From: Octopus vulgaris
Taxonomy: Eukaryota
Assembly (NCBI GenBank): GCA_951406725.2
Contig: OX597828.1
Location: forward strand, 6,820,001-6,884,000
Reading direction: 5' to 3'
DNA: 64,000 bases
Shown here in pieces: positions 24,798 to 38,765 of the stretch. The first letter of the stretch is position 1; each line of letters begins with the position of its first letter. The translations under genes and the position numbers were made by a program. Below the pieces are notes generated by a model. It was not told the DNA's origin, did not search any database, and saw nothing but the letters and a program-made list of their open reading frames with translations.

Positions 24798-25205
24798 CTG
24801 GGAATTTGAAAGAAAACCAAAATACAAAGAAAGTGTAAAGAGATATAAATAAGTAAATAAAATGTAATGGAATTCGAATTGTTGCTTGGTTACTATCAAC
24901 TTGATCCTGTTTTCTTTTATTCATTCAATATCATTGACATTCTTCTAGCGTTATATATTCACAAATCTGAAGTTTGGATTGCTAAAAGAAACAAAACACA
25001 AAGACAGAAAGAATAAAAAAAGATATGAGAATGACAGAATGAAAGAATTTTAACGAACAAACAAAACGAACGCACCAAATATAAAGTGAAACAGTGAAAC
25101 AGTCAAACAAAACAATCAAGTGTTATAAAACACACTGTGAGATGAATAATCACACAATTGACAGAGCTGTGCGCATGAATATGTGATTGTAAGCGTGTGT
25201 GTATA

Positions 25206-25283
<78 letters not shown>

Positions 25284-25426
25284 TATATAAGCATGCATAA
25301 TCATGCACATGTATGTATGTCTACATGTGTGTGTGTGTATTTATATATATGTATATGTAAATATGTATATGAGCATGCATACGTATCTATCTATCTATAT
25401 AGATAGATAGACAGATAGATAGATAA

Positions 25427-25497
<71 letters not shown>

Positions 25498-25609
25498 TGT
25501 ATGTATTATGTATGTAGATATGCATATGACATATATATATACACACACGCACATATATATGAATATTATGTTATTCTATATAAAGATAAATAAGGCTATA
25601 CACGCACGA

Positions 25610-25660
<51 letters not shown>

Positions 25661-25985
25661 TGTGTGTTTCTGAGTCGATATATGTATGCGTGGCAATTGC
25701 TAAACCAAAAAATATGGTTCCATTTTTCACAGTCTGTTGCAAGAAATACACGTTTCATAGAAATGGATGTCAAAATAATTCACCATTTAAAATTTTTCAA
25801 GGATATCCGATTTCACAAACGGAAAATAGTTAATAAGACAGATACAGTTTTATGGAATCTAACAAAGGCTTTGCAAATAAATGAAATAGAATCAGAACAC
25901 AATTACTGCGCATGTATATTTTCATAATTTGCATACATTAAAAAATAACTGTATCCAATGTTTCGGTGAATTTTTCCGCTTCCTC

Positions 25986-25986
<1 letters not shown>

Positions 25987-26060
<74 letters not shown>

Positions 26061-26224
26061 GTAGGTAGGTAGAAAGAAAGAAAACTGGAAGAAAAAGGAA
26101 AAGATAGATAGATAGGTAGACAGATAGACAGATAGATACATACATACATGCATACATACATACATACATACATACATACATGCATACATATGTAGGTAGG
26201 TAGGTAGGTAGGTAGGTAGGTAGG

Positions 26225-26305
<81 letters not shown>

Positions 26306-26415
26306 CAATAGATAAATAGATAGATAGATAGGTAAGTAGTTAGTTAGTTATAGGTAGGTAGGTAGGTAGGTAGGTAGGTAGGTAGGTAGGTAGGTAGGTA
26401 GGTAGGTAGATAGAT
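25987..26415. repeat. (GATA)n, (TACA)n, (TAGG)n microsatellites
   Basis: Seen directly. Confidence 0.92.
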
Positions 26416-26422
26416 AAATAAA

Positions 26423-26680
26423 TTGAAGGCTTCTGACATTGCAAAACTGCTAGAAGTTAGTCCAAGAACGTGTGTTACATATCTTCATAAGCTTGGGTAT
26501 TATGGACGAACAGCTAGAAGAAAACCTCTCCTTCAACCAATTAATATCATGAAAAGAAAGGAGAAGTCAGAAAAATCCAGTTCATTTTAGGATAGAGTAA
26601 TTTTTCAGATGAATCCAGATTTGCATGATCTTCAGACAGCGGACGTGTTTGGGTATGAAGGTTTCCCAAGCAAGGATTTA
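26423..26680 (+). pseudogene. Tc1-type transposase fragment
   Basis: Manual translation: LKASDIAKLLEVSPRTCVTYLHKLGYYGRTARRKPLL...DRVIF/SDESRF..SDSGRVWV*R, with stops and a frameshift. Includes the first catalytic D (FSDES). Confidence 0.85.
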
Positions 26681-27230
26681 AAATTTAAATTTAAATTAAT
26701 ACGTTCTGTAACCGACAAAAGCCACTGCAGTGAATTATTTTCTGCAGTATTATTTCCGGTAATTTAGCGCGCCAAAACGAGGACTTTTGAAAAATAATCA
26801 CAAGTGTTATAGGTAGAACTAGATACATGTCCGACCTCGTGCTGACGTTTCGTGTATAGTTCTGCAAATTATATTTGTATTGACGATCACACTGTAGATC
26901 TCCGGACAGATTGCAAAAGTAAAATTACGTAATATGTTGATAGTGAAACATGTTTGTGATTAATCTATATTTTTGTTACTTTTCATTTGTCTTGCTCGCT
27001 TACGTTCTGGTGTTTGATAAATTTTCTTGAGAACATTTCTTAGTGGTAAGACCATAGCGGATCTACTTCTAGCATAAGTGTTGTCCACATAGTGGTCATC
27101 CCTCTCATATGTATGTAATACAATTTACTGAATCTTCAGATTTTAATATGCTAGACCACTGGTTTTAAATTGATGTTAAATTGATACCCAATTTTTCACC
27201 CTCATTTTAAATTTATATATATGTGTGTGT

Positions 27231-27284
<54 letters not shown>

Positions 27285-27375
27285 TTAGTTAATCCAAACA
27301 TGAAAACACAAAGAGAAAACACAACGCGAGGACGTGGAACAAATATAGTGTTATTGGACGCTCAGGAAAGGAAAG

Positions 27376-27419
<44 letters not shown>

Positions 27420-27425
<6 letters not shown>

Positions 27426-27590
27426 TTTACAGAAGGCAAATTAAGTAGACAGGTGAAGGTAAAAAAAAGTAGGTGCATTTCTTCAACTCTCGGTAAGAAT
27501 GGATATTCTTTGACGTTTCGAGCCTACTCTCTTCGGAAAAAAGGATGGATAGGTAAAATAAAATACGGAGAAAGAAAAACACACGGGGAG
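27420..27590 (-). mobile_element. Short repeat with hammerhead-like motif (copy 1)
   Basis: CTTTGACGTTTCGAGCCTACTCTCTTCGG at 27508-27543, matching the motifs at 43564 and 52937. Confidence 0.55.
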
Positions 27591-28464
27591 AGAAAAAGAT
27601 GTGTATCGATTAACGATTTAACATATTCTTATATAAGTATTTCAACGCGTACGCATATATTGCATGCACACACAAACACACACATAATCGCCCGTACATA
27701 TTTTTATGTATACTTGTGTACGTTTTTTCTGTATACATTTGTGACTTGTAATTATATATACGAATTCATTTGCGCACACGCACGCGTGTGTTTCCCTTTG
27801 CGTTTGTGTGTGTGCCTATGTGTCTGTGAGTGTATGTGTGTATGTATGTGTGCGTGTGTGTGTATGTGTACGTTTTGTGTGTCTTGTGTGTGCGTGTATT
27901 TGGATGTGATAAAGGAAACAACTTTTTGTTTACATAGCTTATTACCTTATTCAGAGAAGACCTTACGTTTAGCTCTCATAATAAAACTAATATTCTAGGT
28001 TTTATCACATCCCCATATTCTAATCACTGCACAAATCAAATCGACCTTGACTGCACATCTAGCTTGTTTATCTTAGTCTCTTTTTTATTTCTATGCCATT
28101 TTTCATATATTCTGATATACAACAAATATTCTCTCGCTTCATATCGCTTCACACTCTTTTTTTCCTATTCTTCCAAACTTTGCCTTTCGTTTAATAATAT
28201 CTGTTATAACACCTTTCGTTTTTGTACTTAGTTTGGAAGTTTCTTAATTTAAACTCGTGCACTGAAACGAGGCAGGGCTAGAGAAGAGAGAACAACTGGT
28301 TGATTGATTGACCAGCCACTTGCTTGGTAGGAAAGATGCGTAGGAAAACATCTTGCTTCGTTCATCATTTTTCAAATCTGAAGAAGGTTTTGCAGATTTT
28401 TTATAACCTCAGATATTATGATCATTTGTAGCATACGAATAACGGTTTTACATTCTTTCCCCAG

Positions 28465-28497
28465 ATCTCGAATTCAGTCATACTTTGCTCAAGACGG
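28465..28497 (+). CDS. Candidate 33-nt exon
   Basis: Consensus-like splice sites CATTCTTTCCCCAG| and CGG|GTGAGT. Length is a multiple of 3 and all three frames are open. Confidence 0.35.
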
Positions 28498-28506
28498 GTG
28501 AGTATT

Positions 28507-29400
28507 ATGTATGTATGTATGTATGTATGTATGTATGTATGTATGTATGTATGTATGTATGTATGTATGTATGTTTCTATGTATGTATGTATGTATGTAT
28601 GTATGTACTTAGGATGTATGTACTTGGGACGTATGTACGCGTGTGTGTGTATGTATGTTTTTATGTATGTATGTTTGTATGCATGTATGTATGTATGTAT
28701 GTATGTTTGTATGTATGTAGGTATGTATGTATGTTTGTATGTATATATGTATTAGGACGTATGTACGCGTGTGTGTATGTATGTTTGTGTGTATGTATGT
28801 TTGTATGCATGCAAATATGTATGTATATATGTATGTACGTAGGTATGTATGTATGTGTGTGTGTATGTATGTGCATGTATGCATGCATGTATGTATGTAT
28901 TTATGCGTTTGTGTGTACCTATGTACGTAATTGAATGTGCATGTATGTATGTATGTATGTACTTGGGACGTATGTACGCGTGTGTGTGTATGTATGTTTT
29001 TATGTATGTATGTTTCTATGCATGTATGTATGTATGTAGGTATGTATGTATGTATGTTTGTATGTATGTAGGTATGTATGTATGTTTGTATGTATGTATG
29101 TATTAGGACGTATGTACGCGTGTGTGTATGTATGTTTGTGTGTATGTATGTTTGTATACATGTAAATATGTATGTATATATGTATGTACGTAGGTATGTA
29201 TGTGTGTGTGTATGTATGTGCATGTATGCATGCATGTATGTATGTACGTAGGTATGTATTTATGCGTTTGTGTGTACCTATGTACGTAATTGAATGTGCA
29301 TGTATGTATGTATGTATGTATGTATGTATGTATGTATGTATGTATGTATGTATGTATGTATGTATGTATGTATGCGAGTGTGTATGCACGTATCTATGTA
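28507..29400. repeat. (TATG)n array containing a ~350-bp tandem duplication
   Basis: Landmarks TACTTGGGACGTATGTACGCG (28621, 28960) and GTACCTATGTACGTAATTGAATGTGC (near 28915, 29274) recur in the same order. Confidence 0.85.
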
Positions 29401-29404
29401 TGTA

Positions 29405-29920
29405 CGAGATGGTATTGTGCATCGAGAATTCGTTCCTCAGGGCCAGACCGTAAATTGAAAGTCCTACTTAGACTTTTGAAATGTTTGAGGGGGTCATTCG
29501 GAGAAAGCGACCGCATCTTTAGAGCGCGAATAATTGGTTTCTTCATGAAGACAATGCTCTCTGTCACCAAGTTCTCCTCGCTCGTGACTTTCTCGTCAAA
29601 AACACCATGTTATCGCTTCCTTACCCGCCCGGTTTGCCAGATTTAGCACTTGCGGACGTCCATCTCTTCTGCAAGAGGAAAACGAAGCTCGAAGATCGCC
29701 ATTTTAGCATTGGTATCGAAATCCGGAGCGAATCGTACAGGGTCCGCGCTTCACTTATGGAAAACGACTTCTGTGCCAGATTTCATAAGTGGCAGGAACA
29801 CTGGGACCGGTGTATTGCTGTGCAAAGTGACTGTTTCGGCGGAGATTATGTTAAAATTTAGCTAAATAAATTATTTTTTATAAGACACAATTAGTCCGGG
29901 AACTTTCTGAAACTACCTCG
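29405..29920 (+). mobile_element. Mariner 3' fragment (decayed catalytic domain plus right TIR), irritans-like
   Basis: DGIVHREFVPQGQTVN, WFLHEDNA..H, LPYPPGLPDLALAD (YSPDLAP.D), WQEHWDRCI. Terminal GTCCGGGAACTTTCTGAAACTACCTCG. Confidence 0.88.
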
Positions 29921-30232
29921 AATGTATGTATGTAACGTAAGCTTATGCTTCAGAATAAGACATTTATATACATATAATATATAAGATATATTATATACAT
30001 ATATACATCGTACCATATTTCTGAAAATCTCTCGTTCTATTCGGATTCCTTGACCTAGACGCGGTCATTGATCTAATTATTTTATGAGACTTTAGATACG
30101 TTGCGATTATATACCTAATATCTACATATGCACACGCATATGAGGGCGGAGTGGATACGCTTCTTGCTATGTCTGAATGTATGGATATTATGGGAATGTC
30201 TAATACACCCTGCCATTATATATTTTATCTTT

Positions 30233-30450
30233 CTTTCTTTTTTACTTGTTTCAGTCGTTGAACTGCAACCATGCTGGAGTACCGCCTTGTACTTTTTAGT
30301 CGAACGGATAGACCCCAGTACTTTTTTTCAAAGTTTGATACTTATCCTATCAGTCTCTTTTACGGAACCCCAAGGTTAGTGGGATATAAATACACCAGCA
30401 CCGGCTGTCATGCCGTGGGAGGAGAGGGCAAACACAGACTCAAAGACACA
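30233..30450 (-). mobile_element. SINE family A 3' half
   Basis: TTTTACTTGTTTCAGTC...CCATGCTGGAGTACCGCC. Confidence 0.75.
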
Positions 30451-30765
30451 CATTACTTGCTCTAAATTAATGTTATAGTTATAATTCTTTGAGAGGATTC
30501 TGGCCTAGCAATGATAGATTATTGATTTCGCATTGAACTATATCCCATTTAGTTTCGCTAGAGAAAGAAGTTCGCATGTTCTCATAGCTAACTGTGTATA
30601 TATTGAATATCTCGATATAAAACATTTATACATGAACAAAAATAACATTTAATTTCAGCAATGCGTTCATGAAAAGATTATGTAATACACAACAATTAGT
30701 TCAGCCTCTTAATTAAACATGCTAATTTGCACCATTACTCTATGAGTACAAGAAATTTGGGTTAC

Positions 30766-30981
30766 TACTCTTTTACTTGTTTCGGTCATTTTCACTATGG
30801 CCATGCTGGAGTACCGCCTTTAGTCGACCAAATCGACCCCAGGACTTATTCTTTTGTAAGCCTATTACTTATTCTATCGGTCTCTTTTGCCGAAGCGCTA
30901 ACTTACGGTGACGTAAACACTCCAGCATCGGTTGTCAAGCGATGTTGGGGGACAAACACAGACACACAAACATATACACTC

Positions 30982-31012
<31 letters not shown>

Positions 31013-31165
31013 TTTATATATATATATATATATATATATACGACGGGCTTTTTTAGTTTCCGTCTATAATAGAAGACACTTGCCCAAGGTGCCACGCAGT
31101 AGGACTGAACCCGGAACTATGTGATTCGTTAGCAAGCTACTTACCACTCAGCCACTCCTGCGCCT
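30766..31165 (-). mobile_element. SINE family A, near full length
   Basis: Tail ACTCTTTTACTTGTTTC at left and head AGCCACTCCTGCGCCT at right. Confidence 0.9.
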
Positions 31166-31730
31166 ACAGGATCAGTTTTGAAAGTTACCAACAAAAACCC
31201 CAGGGATCGAAACCTGAGAAAAATTCCAATGAGTTTAGGCGATAGTGGGATTGACTGCTGTTGTTCATTCCATTTCTTCATGTAACAAACTCAGAGCCAA
31301 ATATCGTAATTTAGCAAAAGCAAAACTAAGGAAAAAATCATGGCGTTTAGGCTGTCTAGAGTTTCCAATTCCCCTTCATCCTGCTTTCGCTGAGTGACGT
31401 AGAGGAATATTTCCTTCGTGAAGCGTATTCATTTCACGTTCAGTAATTTTCATTTCACTGTAATTTAGGAAGCTAGTTAATAGCCTAGTGAGAGACGAGT
31501 TTCTGACATCGTTACGCCAAATTAAAACATTCTTTTTCGGTTCACTCATCAAACTATTGAGGACTACATGTCCTATTAATTTCACATCTACCAATAAATT
31601 TTTCCGTCGGCACTATGAAATCTTATATTTGTTGGGCGATGATTGATTTTTATGCCTCTATATTTCAATACGGTTACGTATGAGTTTGTATATGTGTTTA
31701 TACGTACATATATTTTTGTATATGTTTATA

Positions 31731-31918
31731 TAAGTGCGCATTCAAGGAGTATATGTCTATGTGTTCGTGTGGGAGTGGTTAGAAGGAGTATGTGTTCGTG
31801 CGGTCGGGCGGGCGTGCATGCCTGTATGTATGTCTGTAGATGTCTGGAGATCTGAGTATAAGTCAGTGTGTCTATAGTACTTGAAGTCTCAATCCCCCAC
31901 CTACAAACATTAGTTGAT
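31731..31918 (+). repeat. ~190-bp direct repeat, copy 1 (copy 2 at 33614-33812)
   Basis: Shared GGCGGGCGTGCATGCCTGTATGTATGTCTGTAGATG...AGTATAAGTCAGTGTGTCTA.AGTACTTGAAGTCTCAAT...ACAAACATTAGTTGA. Confidence 0.85.
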
Positions 31919-32461
31919 GAATGGTAAAATTTTATGACACTTGTTGCTATTAGAATGATAAAAGGCAACAAGACGTGTTTGAACGATTTTATTTTATTAT
32001 CGTCGGAGACAATCTAAATTGTATGCTTGCTTAATCATACTGTACTTCTTTCATGATAAACGATAGAGTTTGCTTCACTGCAATTTTCGATATTTTCGTT
32101 TTTACAAGCTGGTTTTACACCGCTACTAAAACTGAAACAAACAAGCGGGAAGTGTTAAATATTATATGGAAATTACGCCACAAAACTTACTAACTTGCTT
32201 TCATCCGAAGACAAACGAATCCAATTGACAATTTGTCAGTTGCAACTAATTTTGAACAAGTAGTCTTTAGGTTTTTAAAATAACAATGCAAATAACAGGA
32301 AAGTTGCTTGCTAATAATTGCGAACTGAGCTTCAACAAATTACTTCCCCGTAATTATCTTTTCTTCAAAAACTTCAATATAGATAGACATCACATTACAG
32401 ATTATTACTATTATTACTATTACTATTATTGTTTTTTTTTATTGTTGTTGCTGTTATTACC

Positions 32462-32534
<73 letters not shown>

Positions 32535-32580
32535 CAACAACGATAACAATAACGATACAAGTACTATTATTGCTGCTGTT

Positions 32581-32645
<65 letters not shown>

Positions 32646-32964
32646 TATTATTATTATTATTAATATAGCGTGACAAGGTCTGAGCCGTCAACAAAATGTT
32701 TGTAAACTATAATTGCCCTGGACTCCAGCTAACTATTACCTTCAAACTCGGACACTGTTCTTGCTTTCGTTGTCGCTGATTTTTTTGTCGTCGTCGACGT
32801 TGTTGTTGTTGTTGTTGTTGTTGTTGATGGTGGTGGTGGTGGTGATGGTGGTGGTGGTGGTGGTGGTATTAGTGTTCTATGGGAAGACAGAGAAACAACA
32901 CTAGATAAGCTTATTATATTTGTGTAAATATGTGTGTATCTGTGTGTGTATACGTGTACGTATA

Positions 32965-33005
<41 letters not shown>

Positions 33006-33076
33006 TATAAATATGTATACATATGTATATATATATACATATATACGTATATAAACATACATATATACGTAAATTA

Positions 33077-33124
<48 letters not shown>

Positions 33125-33172
33125 TTATATGTGTATATATATATTTACATAAGTGTGTGTGTGTTTATATAT

Positions 33173-33258
33173 GTGTCTTCTACTATAGCCTCGGGCCGAC
33201 CGAAGCCTTGCGAGTGGATTTGGTAGACGGGAACTGAAATAAGCCCGTCGTATATACG

Positions 33259-33328
<70 letters not shown>

Positions 33329-33561
33329 GTATGTTTGTGTATATGTTTTTGTGTCTGTGTTTGCCCGCCTAACATCGCTTGACAACCGATGGTGGTGTGT
33401 TTACGTCCCTGTAACTTAGCGCTTCGGCAAAATAAATCGATAGAATAAGTACTAGGCTTACAAAGAATATGTCCTGAGGTCGATTTGCTCGACTAAAGGC
33501 GGTGCTCCAGCATGACCACAGTCAAATGACTGAAACAAGTAAAAGAGTAAAATAAGAGAGT
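33173..33561 (+). mobile_element. SINE family A lacking its head
   Basis: GTGTCTTCTACTATAGCCTCGGGCCGACC ... GACTGAAACAAGTAAAAGAGTAAAA. Confidence 0.88.
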
Positions 33562-33613
33562 ATATGTATGCGTGTGTGTGTCTATATGTACATATGCGTT
33601 TATGTAAGTGATG

Positions 33614-33812
33614 TAAGTGCACATTCGAGGGAGTGTATGTCAATGTGTGCGTGTGCGTGTGCGAGTGGTTAGAGGGAGCATGTGTTCGTGCGGTGGGGCG
33701 GGCGGGCGTGCATGCCTGTATGTATGTCTGTAGATGTTTGAAGATCTTAGTATAAGTCAGTGTGTCTACAGTACTTGAAGTCTCAATTCTCCATCCACAA
33801 ACATTAGTTGAA
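33614..33812 (+). repeat. ~190-bp direct repeat, copy 2
   Basis: Aligns to 31731-31918 by eye. Confidence 0.85.
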
Positions 33813-34212
33813 TATGTATAAAATTGAATATGTACATATATATAGTCACAGTGTTATCACTGCTGTCGCCGCCACCATCACCATCTTCACAAGACGTACT
33901 TATGCAAGAAAGAATCTTTTTTTTTTTGTTTTGTTAAAGGGTAATGTTTAGTAATTCTTTAGTTCAAGTTCAAGTTACGTCCCTAATACTGGGAAAAGCA
34001 ATAACGCCATATATTCCGCAATGATAAAAGTTAAAACTTTGCAAGTAGGCAAGAAAAATATTTAGGTTTGTGCGATATACGTGGATGTACGCACAAGAAA
34101 AGAAATTTCTTAGACGTATCCATAAGAAGACATTTTGGCTGACTGTCAAGGACTCTTTCACCAAAGCGCACACGCACGCACGCACGCAGACAGATACACA
34201 TTTATATATATT

Positions 34213-34304
<92 letters not shown>

Positions 34305-34387
34305 CATATGTATGTGTATACATTTGTATATATGCATATAAACACATATATATACATACCTATACGTATATGTGTCTAGATATACCT

Positions 34388-34420
<33 letters not shown>

Positions 34421-34501
34421 ATGTATATATATATATATATATATGTGCGTGTGTGTGTGTGTATATGTATATATATACATATATATATGTATACATATAT
34501 A

Positions 34502-34584
<83 letters not shown>

Positions 34585-35372
34585 GTATTCATAAATGTAT
34601 ATAATGTATATCTAGACATATATACATATAGGTATGTATATTACGTGCTTATATGCATATATATAAATGTACATATATATACACATACATATGTATATAT
34701 GTATATATTACACACACACACACACACACATATACATTTATATATTGTAGATATCTCCTTCCCACTAGCGGGGAGAGAGTGATCCTGTCTTTAGCAACTA
34801 TTTTAAAAATAGAGTGGACGAAATATAAACTCTTCCTCAGATAGAACGTTTGTCGATAGGAAAGCATAGATAAGAACCCGAGCTGATATGATGCCAATTA
34901 TCGACTGTTATAAAGAATGGGAGAATGGAGAATAAGTGTTTGTTGGGAAACACAACAAAGCACTTGCTACATATTTGAAATAAAACGACATAAAATAACA
35001 GAGTCAGTTGCACTATACATTATCCGTTCGGCGGTTATTTTGATCCTAATTACATGAATATGGGATGATGGACACCTTGAGAACTTAGAACAAATATAGA
35101 TATCGTCAATGCGAAATCCAATGTTCGTGTAGCTATCGTGTCGATATTATACTGTATCAGGGCCAAATCTCTTAACACTAGCTTCGTAAGTCAACAGTGC
35201 GGGCAACTCCACGTAACGTATTCCTTTAATCAGTCTCGAATACTCGCTAAATTCTCTCGGCCATACACACGCTACTATCTTAAGGAACGGAAGGATACAT
35301 TACAAAATATACTCCTACTTCTAGATAGTCCTAATTAAGACAGGATGGTCGAATCTGGAATACGTTTGACAA

Positions 35373-37229
35373 CACTGTGTAGCAAAATCTTAATTTTTTT
35401 TCTTTTAATTATGTATTTTTGTATTTGCTCAGTAAGTGTTATTTCCTATTTACTTCTATCTAGAAATCAAAGAAAATGACTACTATTCCCTTCAAACTTT
35501 GCTTTGGGACCTGGTCATCCATATTTTGAAACTGATCTTTTTTCCATTACATTTCAGACAGATTCAATGCTGAGTTGCTGAAGCAGAAATAGCCTTATAG
35601 CAAATATTCCGCTCAAGATTTGCTTGTTACTTGCTTGATCTCAACCACTTAAGCATTTTCCTTAGTGGCTGACGACAATATGTGCACCTCTGATTGTGAG
35701 CAGGAGTAGTTGGGGGATTCTTTGGGGTATGAATAAATGTAACAGAAGCAAAGTTTGAAGGAAATATTGGCCATTTTTCATACGTTCTACTAGGTGGAAA
35801 TAGTAGGAAATAACAGTTGCTACCCAAGGACAAAAACTGTTGTAAAATTGTGTTACACAGTGCAATTGATCTCATCATTGACCATTGAGAGTTGCTTTGA
35901 GATCAACAAGAGCGATTTTTCACAAACATGACAGCGTAGGATGTACAAAAGTCTGCTGCAATGTGAATGATAAATGAGTGTTATGTAAACCTAAAACGCT
36001 TAGACTCAGTCTTCTTAGTGTCGCTAAGATGACAAAAGTAAACAATTCCATTGTATACAGCCTGGTATTACATAACATGACTCAGTCTGCAGTGATGTAA
36101 CTAATGATCAAATCATTTTAAGCGACTTAACATCAATCTATTGGCTAACTCTGCATTTCTGGATTACACGTAGGCGTGTATAATGCATATATATGCTTAT
36201 ATGTATGTACAAATGTATTTCAGTATGTGTGGATGTGTGTGTAGGTGTATATACATATATGCATATGCTAATTCATATGTACGTACGTATGAATATATAT
36301 ACGTATGTATGTATACAAATACGTGTATATATATGTGTGTGTATATATATGTGTATATATACATATATGTAAGTATATATATATGTGTATGTATATATAT
36401 ATATATATATACACAAATACATATATATGTCACTGACTATTTGGCATTACTGATTATTTAGATATCGGTCATTTGTTACAATGGATTCATCTAGAAAAGC
36501 TTATATTGATATTATGTATTACTGGATTAAACCAGCATAAATTTTTGCATGCCAGTATTTGGAAGGTTTCTTATTTGTAACGCTTAAAATGGATCACTAC
36601 AGCAGTCAGACACCGTTAATCTTCAACTAAGCTGAGTCATGGTTTTAGTTTTGGCTAAAATCATTTCGTTCACTTCACGACACTAATGTTCTAGGAAAAG
36701 ACATGAATGTCGCGTTTCTTATACTCTTCATTTAAAATAATAATACTATGTTACACGGTTTTTGTCCTTGGGTAACTGCTACTATTTTCTATTTCCTCAC
36801 CCCTAAAAAGTGTGAAAAATGGCCAATATTTCCCTTCAAAGTTTGCTTTTGTTAGATTTATTTAAACCCCAAAGAAAACCTCTCAACACATGACTATGAT
36901 CTCCCCCGACTAATCCTGCACATAATCAGAGATGCACATATTGTCAGCCGCTAAGGGTTATGCTCTAGTGGATAAGATCAAACAACTGACAAGCAAATCT
37001 GTGGTATTGGGTAGGATACTTGCTATAGGGATATTTATGCCTCAGCAACTCAGCGCTGAATCTGTCCGAAATGTAATGGAAAATAGATCAGTTCCATTGA
37101 TGTTAAGGTCACAAACGCAAAGTTTGAAGGATATAGTAGTCATTTCCTTTGATTTCTAGATAGAAGCAATTAGGAAATAGCACTTACTGACCAAAGATAA
37201 AAAATAAATAAGAATTTTGTTAGACAGTA
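35373..37229. mobile_element. Large non-coding foldback element with ~470-bp diverged inverted arms
   Basis: 35373-35850 is the diverged reverse complement of 36750-37229 (e.g. CAGTAAGTGTTATTTCC / GGAAATAGCACTTACTG; CCCAAGGACAAAAAC / GTTTTTGTCCTTGGG). Termini CACTGTGTAGCAAAAT / ATTTTGTTAGACAGTA resemble Tc1 ends. Confidence 0.8.
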
Positions 37230-37639
37230 TTTAGATTAATGGAAAGAAAAATTTTATGAATATCTTTATAGACATTAGAATAAAATATATCATACAAATA
37301 CCATTTTCCAACGGTTATACATATTAGAGAGAAAATTAATAGGTCCATAGTTCTTGATATAGGCAAAAAGCATGAAGTAATTAATCATTTCGAAAATCAA
37401 ACCTTTGCCCTTATTTTGACTTAAAGCTGATGAAATTTAATTCCCATTCCGAAGAAATTGGTACCTCTCTCTTGAAATAGCTTCTTCTTATTTTGGCTTT
37501 AAACCAGTTCAAAATTTAATGATATGAATATTTAGCTTGGAAAGGAATTAACAATCATTCTTGTGAAATATCTGTTACACTAAGAAATGCAATGAATTAA
37601 TCTTCGCTGTCTTCGCTGAAACTAATTAAAAAAATAATA

Positions 37640-37815
37640 GTGGTTTTAAATTTTGCCACAAGGCCAGCAATTTCGCGGGTGGAGATAAGTCGGTTTCATC
37701 GACACTTGTGCTCAACTGGTACTTATTTTATAGACCCCCGAAAGGATAAAAGGCAAAGTCAACCATGGCGGAATTTTATGTCAGAACGTAAAGACTGATT
37801 AAATGTCTCTAAGCG
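37640..37815 (-). mobile_element. SINE family B fragment
   Basis: CAACTGGTACTTATTTTAT...GGATAAAAGGCAAAGTCAACC. Confidence 0.75.
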
Positions 37816-37908
37816 TATTACAAAATTTTTCGCAGAAAGCATCTAAGACACTGTTAAACAAGTAAAACTTACGAGCAGTCTAAAGGCACATCTTGTCGAT
37901 ACAAAAAC

Positions 37909-37943
<35 letters not shown>

Positions 37944-37964
37944 TGATATAAGGTCACTATATCG

Positions 37965-38090
37965 TACACTTATGGTTGGGATGCATGTGCCTGGTGTACT
38001 CATATCAGACGGGTACTCATGATGAGTATATTGGGTTCGTATATTTGCATCGCAGTATTACTTTGATGACATACATTGCTCTCTCATTCA

Positions 38091-38187
<97 letters not shown>

Positions 38188-38215
38188 TAATAATAATAAT
38201 AATAATGATAATAAT
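37965..38215 (+). mobile_element. Family E extreme 3' end with long (AAT)n tail
   Basis: GATGCATGTGCCTGGTGTAC...GCTCTCTCATTCAG then (TAA)n. Confidence 0.75.
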
Positions 38216-38428
38216 CCTTTCTACTATAGGCACAAGTTCTGAAATATTGGGGGTCAAGAACTAATCGTTTACACGTTTGATGCCTTGTGTCTAAGTAATA
38301 AAGCTACATTATTGGGGAGGGGGGTAACATGTGCCATCTAGAAAGATGTAAATCTTGAGGCAAGACAATACTTCAGATGAATCGGCTGCTGAGGTAGAAT
38401 TTCATCATTTAAACACTTTGCTCTAAAC

Positions 38429-38765
38429 CAGAGTTTCTCAACTTATCAATGGACTCTTTTAATTACTGTTTTAATCTGGTGGACCCCTACAGCCGTTCGA
38501 TGCTTAAAAATTATCGAATCTTCTTTCAAAATTCTTATTTTGTTTATCACACATTAACTTGAGTTGGCTGAAATATGTAAAATGTTAGATAAAGAAATTT
38601 AGCTGTTTCATGCAATTCATGCTTATACATACATCTAAAGCAAAATTTTTTCAGGAACCCTTAAAATACTATTGTGGGTCCTCGAATTACTATTTTGCCA
38701 CATGGACCCCTAAAGATCTTATATGAACCCTTGGGGCCCATATAGACCTCGGTTGAGAACCACTG
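38429..38765. mobile_element. hAT (Charlie-type) MITE with perfect 8-bp TSD
   Basis: TIR CAGAGTTTCTCAAC / GTTGAGAACCACTG. TSD CTCTAAAC at 38421-38428 and 38766-38773. Confidence 0.92.

Noticed and set aside
31376-31594. 72-aa non-repetitive minus-strand ORF
   Set aside because: No recognisable domain and no convincing acceptor/donor pair.
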